Shown piece by piece: positions 59,818 through 64,000 of a stretch of 64,000 bases of DNA. The DNA lies in contig OY769902.1 of NCBI GenBank assembly GCA_963669175.1, forward strand, positions 448,001 to 512,000. The letters run 5' to 3'. How positions within the stretch are numbered: position 1 is the stretch's first letter; every line of letters begins with the position of its first letter. Source of the stretch: a bacterium (lineage in GTDB: Bacteria > Electryoneota > Electryoneia > Electryoneales > Electryoneaceae). The notes under the pieces are model-generated. The model searched no databases, was not told the origin of the DNA, and saw nothing but the letters and a program-made list of their open reading frames with translations. Position numbers and translations under genes: made by a program.

Positions 59818-62103
59818 CTAAACCTGTACCGACGATTGTGGACGTATCCCCAGTTTCCGCATGATCTCACGCACCTGCTCGCCCGGATGCGCCTCCCATG
59901 ATTTCTGCAGCCAGTGCAGCCCGTTCTCCACATCCCCAAGGTTGATCAACCGGATCGCGCTTTGCAAACAGGCCAGCCCCTCAACTTGCTTCCGTGCCGG
60001 TGACTGCCAGTTCAATTGCGGATACAATTCTTCCAGGCTATGACGTTCCAGCAGGGTTCGTGCAATCCGGGCGTCAAAGCTGTAATCAATCTTCACACTT
60101 CCGCTGGACATATTAGCATCATGCCAGCGCCACAGCACCACAATTTCATCGGTATGCTTGCACTTGGCGGTCGGCGCAATGCGTGCCCACCACTCATAAT
60201 CATGCGCTCTGCGATAGCTCTCATCAAACGGCCCGAACCGCTCGAATAACTCCGCTTTTACCATTGTAGCCGGATTCGGGATACCGTTGGATTGCAGCAA
60301 CCTTGCCAGCAGTTCATGGTTGTGGCCGTACCAGTCCGGGTAACGCAACGGCTTTCGTGGTGACAGGTCGGCAAACACGGTCATCAGGTCGCCGTAGATC
60401 ACCTCTGCATCGGGTGTGCTTTGAAGCGTTTTCCAGTGATTGGCAACTGTATCAGGCAACAGCATATCGTCAGAATCCAGCCACAACAGCCAGGGGTGTG
60501 ATGCTTCCCGCACCGCACGATTCCGTGTTTGCGGAGCGCCGGAATGTTCTTTTCGGATATAGCGCAAACGTGGATCATTGAATCGTTCCATGATCTCCGC
60601 AGTCCGATCCGTGCTGCCATCATCCACAACCAGGATTTCCGCAACGGGCAGGGTTTGCATCAACGCGCTGTGAACAGTCAATGCGATAAACTTGTCACGA
60701 TTGTACGTAGGAATCAGGATACTGACTGGTACCTTGTCACCGGATGTTGCCTGAACCTTGTACAGGGTTTGTTCATCCATTCCAATAGGCGCTTGTGCTT
60801 TCTGACGGTCCCGTCCATTCTGCCCCAGTTCGAGCTCCAACTGGCGACGCATCTCGGTGATTTCCGCCAGGGGCACGCTTTCCTCGCCGGCGTACAACGC
60901 TTCCAGCGCCAGTTGCGGATTGCCTTGCATCAGGTAATGATGCGTAACCTGCAACCAGGCGACACCTTCCTCGCGCTGTTCCGCAGGAGACAGATTTTCA
61001 TTGACGGGACGATCCATGATTTCTTCAATGGCAGCCTTCCATTCGATCCAGAGCGGATGGTCTCCGTATTCACGCTTTAGTCGGTTCAGATGCGCTTGGG
61101 CCTTGTCTGGACGTCCACGATACGCCTGCACCAACGCGGGCCACAGGGCATCGGCAAAAGCTTCATCACGGTCCAGCGGCGGGAGTACTGGGCTATCGGA
61201 ACGTGCTTTCAGTAGCGAGGTTTTCCCTTTCATGCCGTTCCACGCTGCCAGGATTTGATCGTAGTCCGGGTGAATCTGGCGGGATCGTTGACGCGAAGGC
61301 TCCTGCCGGGAATGTTTGTCGGTCAGGTGACGGGCGTTACGGGCATATTCATGCAGCAGCACCGCGCCGGGGATATACATCTGCTTCAGCGGGTCACAAT
61401 TATAGCGGAACAGGCGGATCGCCAGGTCCACTCCGCCACCGCCGAAGATTATCGCATCATCCCAACCTCCGACCGCGTAAAACCTCTTAGCCTGGTAGGA
61501 GACATTGCCCTCAACATCGGCATACACCGGGTAGGGTTGATTGCCCAGAGCATAGTGCCCGGCCAGACGATTGATCGGACGGTTGGTTTTGGGCTGAACC
61601 ACTCCACGCACCGCATCCACATCCCAACGTCCCTGTGTTTCCAGATGGGACCGGACAAACGACGGATTCGGGATGCCGTCATCATCAATAAACAGCAAAA
61701 CCGGACCATCAGCGAACAAGGCGCCCACATTACGGGACAGGTACGCTCCGGTGTTCTCTTTCAGCCGAACCATGACATCTGCATAGCGATAGAGCTTTTC
61801 TAGTTCGCCAGATGCTGCGCCGTTATCCACGAAGACAATTTGAAGGCCAAGTCCACGCTGGAGTTGAAGCATACGCAGGCAATTGGCTGTATCCGGATCA
61901 TGACGATAGGTGACAATCACAGCAGTGATACGTGGTGTTTGCGTGGATGTGGAAACCTTTACCTGTTCAATGAGCGACAGGTACTTGTCCCGCCGTTGCT
62001 GCCATGCATTCCCCTTCCCCTGGTCCGCACGGGCTAACCGTTGGTTGAGAAGGGTTTCTACCTGTTCCGACTGTTGAACGACCTGTTTGTCCTGATCCGC
62101 CAT
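59818..62103 (-). CDS. Tandem GT2-GT2 glycosyltransferase with TPR-like helices
   Basis: VDNGA...SRNVG...FIDDD; IPTYNR...VDDGSTD...WLDSDD...AHDYEWW; GGAG RBS before ATG 62103. Confidence 0.88.
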   Translation of the reverse strand: MADQDKQVVQQSEQVETLLNQRLARADQGKGNAWQQRRDKYLSLIEQVKVSTSTQTPRITAVIVTYRHDPDTANCLRMLQLQRGLGLQIVFVDNGAASGELEKLYRYADVMVRLKENTGAYLSRNVGALFADGPVLLFIDDDGIPNPSFVRSHLETQGRWDVDAVRGVVQPKTNRPINRLAGHYALGNQPYPVYADVEGNVSYQAKRFYAVGGWDDAIIFGGGGVDLAIRLFRYNCDPLKQMYIPGAVLLHEYARNARHLTDKHSRQEPSRQRSRQIHPDYDQILAAWNGMKGKTSLLKARSDSPVLPPLDRDEAFADALWPALVQAYRGRPDKAQAHLNRLKREYGDHPLWIEWKAAIEEIMDRPVNENLSPAEQREEGVAWLQVTHHYLMQGNPQLALEALYAGEESVPLAEITEMRRQLELELGQNGRDRQKAQAPIGMDEQTLYKVQATSGDKVPVSILIPTYNRDKFIALTVHSALMQTLPVAEILVVDDGSTDRTAEIMERFNDPRLRYIRKEHSGAPQTRNRAVREASHPWLLWLDSDDMLLPDTVANHWKTLQSTPDAEVIYGDLMTVFADLSPRKPLRYPDWYGHNHELLARLLQSNGIPNPATMVKAELFERFGPFDESYRRAHDYEWWARIAPTAKCKHTDEIVVLWRWHDANMSSGSVKIDYSFDARIARTLLERHSLEELYPQLNWQSPARKQVEGLACLQSAIRLINLGDVENGLHWLQKSWEAHPGEQVREIMRKLGIRPQSSVQV

Positions 62104-62257
62104 TACAACTCCATTTGCCTTCATCCGGCTCCACGGTTTGCGGAGTCCAGTCCTGCCTTTTTCAAGAAGAGACACGCGTACGCGAGCGCAAGAGTCGTGC
62201 CTCCATAGTCGGACAGCCATCCTGATCGCGTTCCGGTATTCTGTCATACAGGGTATC

Positions 62258-62273
62258 TGCAAGTTTTACACCG
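62258..62273 (-). promoter_or_regulatory. Candidate sigma-54 promoter for the glycosyltransferase operon
   Basis: CGGTGTAAAACTTGCA: GG-N10-GC spacing with a perfect TTGCA -12 element. Confidence 0.4.
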
Positions 62274-62437
62274 GAAACGGGTTTTGCGACGACAGCAATG
62301 AGAATGCGGATTAAGCTCCAGAAAAGTTGAAGTGTTAGCGGAAATATCTTCCAAGCTTCACGGCAGCATTTACCGTTTCAACGGCTCCGCAATCGGGATA
62401 GCGTGTGGTCATAAGCAGGTTTTACGACGCCTTCTTG

Positions 62438-62454
62438 CTGGCATATCTCTTGCG
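62438..62454 (+). promoter_or_regulatory. Candidate sigma-54 promoter upstream of ugd
   Basis: CTGGCATATCTCTTGCG is close to the TGGCAC-N5-TTGC consensus. Confidence 0.55.
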
Positions 62455-62551
62455 AACTGAGCCGTTGTGTGAGATGTACTCGTCTGAGAAGTGAAGCAAA
62501 GTAGTTTGGCCCGGCTTGCTTGCACCCGGGCAGAAAAATCCAACGATACTA

Positions 62552-62791
62552 TTGGCCCCGTCCAGCTTGCTGGCGGTGGTCTATTCTAAATGAAATAAGA
62601 GAGTTAGTCCACTTGTAGTAAATGAATTAGAGAGTTTAGTCCGCTTGTTGTAAATAAACTAGAGAGTTTAGTCCGCTTGCAGTAAAGTGTGGAGAAACTC
62701 ACAAAGCTGAAACGGATACAGCTATGACTACTGAAGGTGCAAATCCTTTAGAATAAGAATAAACCCCGCCGGACAAGCCGGACGGGGCCAA
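62552..62791. repeat. REPIN/MITE-like element, copy 2, with an internal ~32-bp tandem triplet
   Basis: Same TTGGCCCCG...CGGGGCCAA ends as 59312-59483; three copies of GAGAGTT(T)AGTCC(A/G)CTTG..GTAAA inside. Confidence 0.75.
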
Positions 62792-62967
62792 TTCGTCGGG
62801 GCCAATATCGTCAGTCTATTCTATATGAATAAAAGAATTCGTCCACTTGTTGTAGTGTGGCGCTTAGAATACCGGAAAGCACGCTGAAGCGCGCTGGCCA
62901 TAAATAGAACCAAATGGACACCCCGGCTGAAGCCGGGTGCTAAGAAGAGCCTGCTGAAGCAGGCTGA

Positions 62968-63066
62968 GGTCGTGTGGCCCGGTGTGCTTGCACCCGGGTA
63001 GGTCGCGTGGCCCGGTGTGCTTGCACCCGGGTAGGTCGTGTGGCCCGGTGTGCTTGCACCCGGGTA
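62968..63066. repeat. 33-bp tandem repeat x3 (palindromic unit)
   Basis: GGTCGTGTGGCCCGGTGTGCTTGCACCCGGGTA x3 with one mismatch; a related copy lies at about 62507-62530. Confidence 0.9.
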
Positions 63067-63093
63067 AAGAAGTGAACATAGCGGAGGATCTGG

Positions 63094-64000
63094 GTGGATA
63101 CCACAAGGAAACAGCAACCCCTGAGGGGTGAGACACTCAGCGTTGTCGGTCTGGGAAAACTTGGCCTGTGTATGGCAGGCGTATTTGCCGAAGCGGGGTA
63201 CAAAGTATTTGGCATTGACGTCAACCCGACCGTGGTAGAACTGGTCAATGACGGCCAGGTACCCTATGTCGAGCCACTGTTGGCGGACGTACTGGCCAAC
63301 GCACGTGGACGTCTGACCGCAACTCTGGACTACCGTGAAGCGATCATGGGTTCTGATATTACGTTCCTCGTCGTCGCCACACCTACCCAGTCGGACGGCA
63401 CTTACGGCAACGAACAACTGGAAGCGTCCCTTTCCTCCATCGCTAAAATCCTGCAAACCAAAGAGAAACATCATCATATCGTAGTCAGCAGCACCGTAAT
63501 GCCCGGCACAATCAACGACGTGTTGATTCCGCTGGTGGAACGTGTCAGTGGAAAGACTGTCGGCAACGGCTGGTCTATCGCCTACAACCCGGAATTCATT
63601 GCCATGGGCAATGTGATTCGCATTTTCACCCAGCCGGACTTTGTGCTGGTCGGCGAAAGTGATGCGGGTATCGGCGAGCACCTGGAAGAGATCTACGGGA
63701 TCATCTGCCCGAACAATCCCCCGGTCAGCCGGATGAATATCATCAATGCCGAGCTGGCGAAAATATCGCTGAACTGCTTTGTCACAACCAAAATCACTTA
63801 CGCCAATATGCTGGCGGAGATGTGTGAAGCCCTGCCCGGCGCGAATGTGGATGTGGTATCAAAAGCCATCGGTCAGGACACCCGTATCGGCAGTAAGGTG
63901 CTGAAAGGTGGATTGGGATTCGGGGGACCATGTTTCCCACGTGACAACCGCGCTTTTGTTCGGCTCGCCAATGACCACGGTGTCCATGCGGAACTGGCGC
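63094..64000 (+). CDS. ugd: UDP-glucose/GDP-mannose dehydrogenase family protein (partial, runs off the right edge)
   Basis: GGAGG RBS and GTG start; VVGLGKLG, VSSTVMPG, YNPEF, AELAK, GFGGPCFPRD. Confidence 0.9.
   Translation, partial: MDTTRKQQPLRGETLSVVGLGKLGLCMAGVFAEAGYKVFGIDVNPTVVELVNDGQVPYVEPLLADVLANARGRLTATLDYREAIMGSDITFLVVATPTQSDGTYGNEQLEASLSSIAKILQTKEKHHHIVVSSTVMPGTINDVLIPLVERVSGKTVGNGWSIAYNPEFIAMGNVIRIFTQPDFVLVGESDAGIGEHLEEIYGIICPNNPPVSRMNIINAELAKISLNCFVTTKITYANMLAEMCEALPGANVDVVSKAIGQDTRIGSKVLKGGLGFGGPCFPRDNRAFVRLANDHGVHAELA

Noticed and set aside
62968-63066. Possible CRISPR array (33-bp palindromic repeats)
   Set aside because: The units are directly adjacent with no unique spacers and there are no cas genes; it is a tandem repeat.
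62821-63681. 286-aa minus-strand ORF with YPGASTPGH repeats
   Set aside because: It is antisense to ugd, and the peptide repeats simply translate the 33-bp DNA repeat.

Overview
A gene-dense bacterial window of about 50-55% GC with no rRNA, tRNA, CRISPR array or intact transposase that I could find. A full-length SprA/Sov-like translocon plus several PNPFN-type C-terminal sorting domain (CTD) proteins suggest an FCB-group diderm, probably outside the classical Bacteroidota (inference). From left to right it holds: (1) a >1830-aa secreted multidomain surface protein running off the left edge, absent from the ORF track; (2) housekeeping and metabolic genes (tnaA, an MBL hydrolase, kdsB, DinB, glmS); (3) sprA and an NYN-LOTUS nuclease with a ~370-aa disordered tail; (4) CTD-bearing secreted proteins (an Asp-box propeller, three beta-helix proteins, an orphan CTD) and a PAS hybrid kinase; (5) iscS plus two atypical IscU genes; (6) a MarR-TolC-MFP-RND efflux operon; (7) a methyltransferase/D-Ala-D-Ala-ligase-like fusion and nadE; (8) a surface-glycan island (glycosyltransferases, TagF-like transferases, sulfotransferase, methyltransferase, ugd) with candidate divergent sigma-54 promoters. 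Intergenic regions carry several distinct REP/REPIN/MITE-like palindrome families. The most intriguing signal is a recurrent acidic ELD/GLD motif (SELD, DELD, DGLD) at propeptide and loop junctions of three secreted proteins, which may mark an Asp-specific, caspase-like maturation system for secreted cargo. A mosaic beta-helix gene next to an orphan CTD suggests modular shuffling. All product calls come from motif recognition by eye; no database searches were run.
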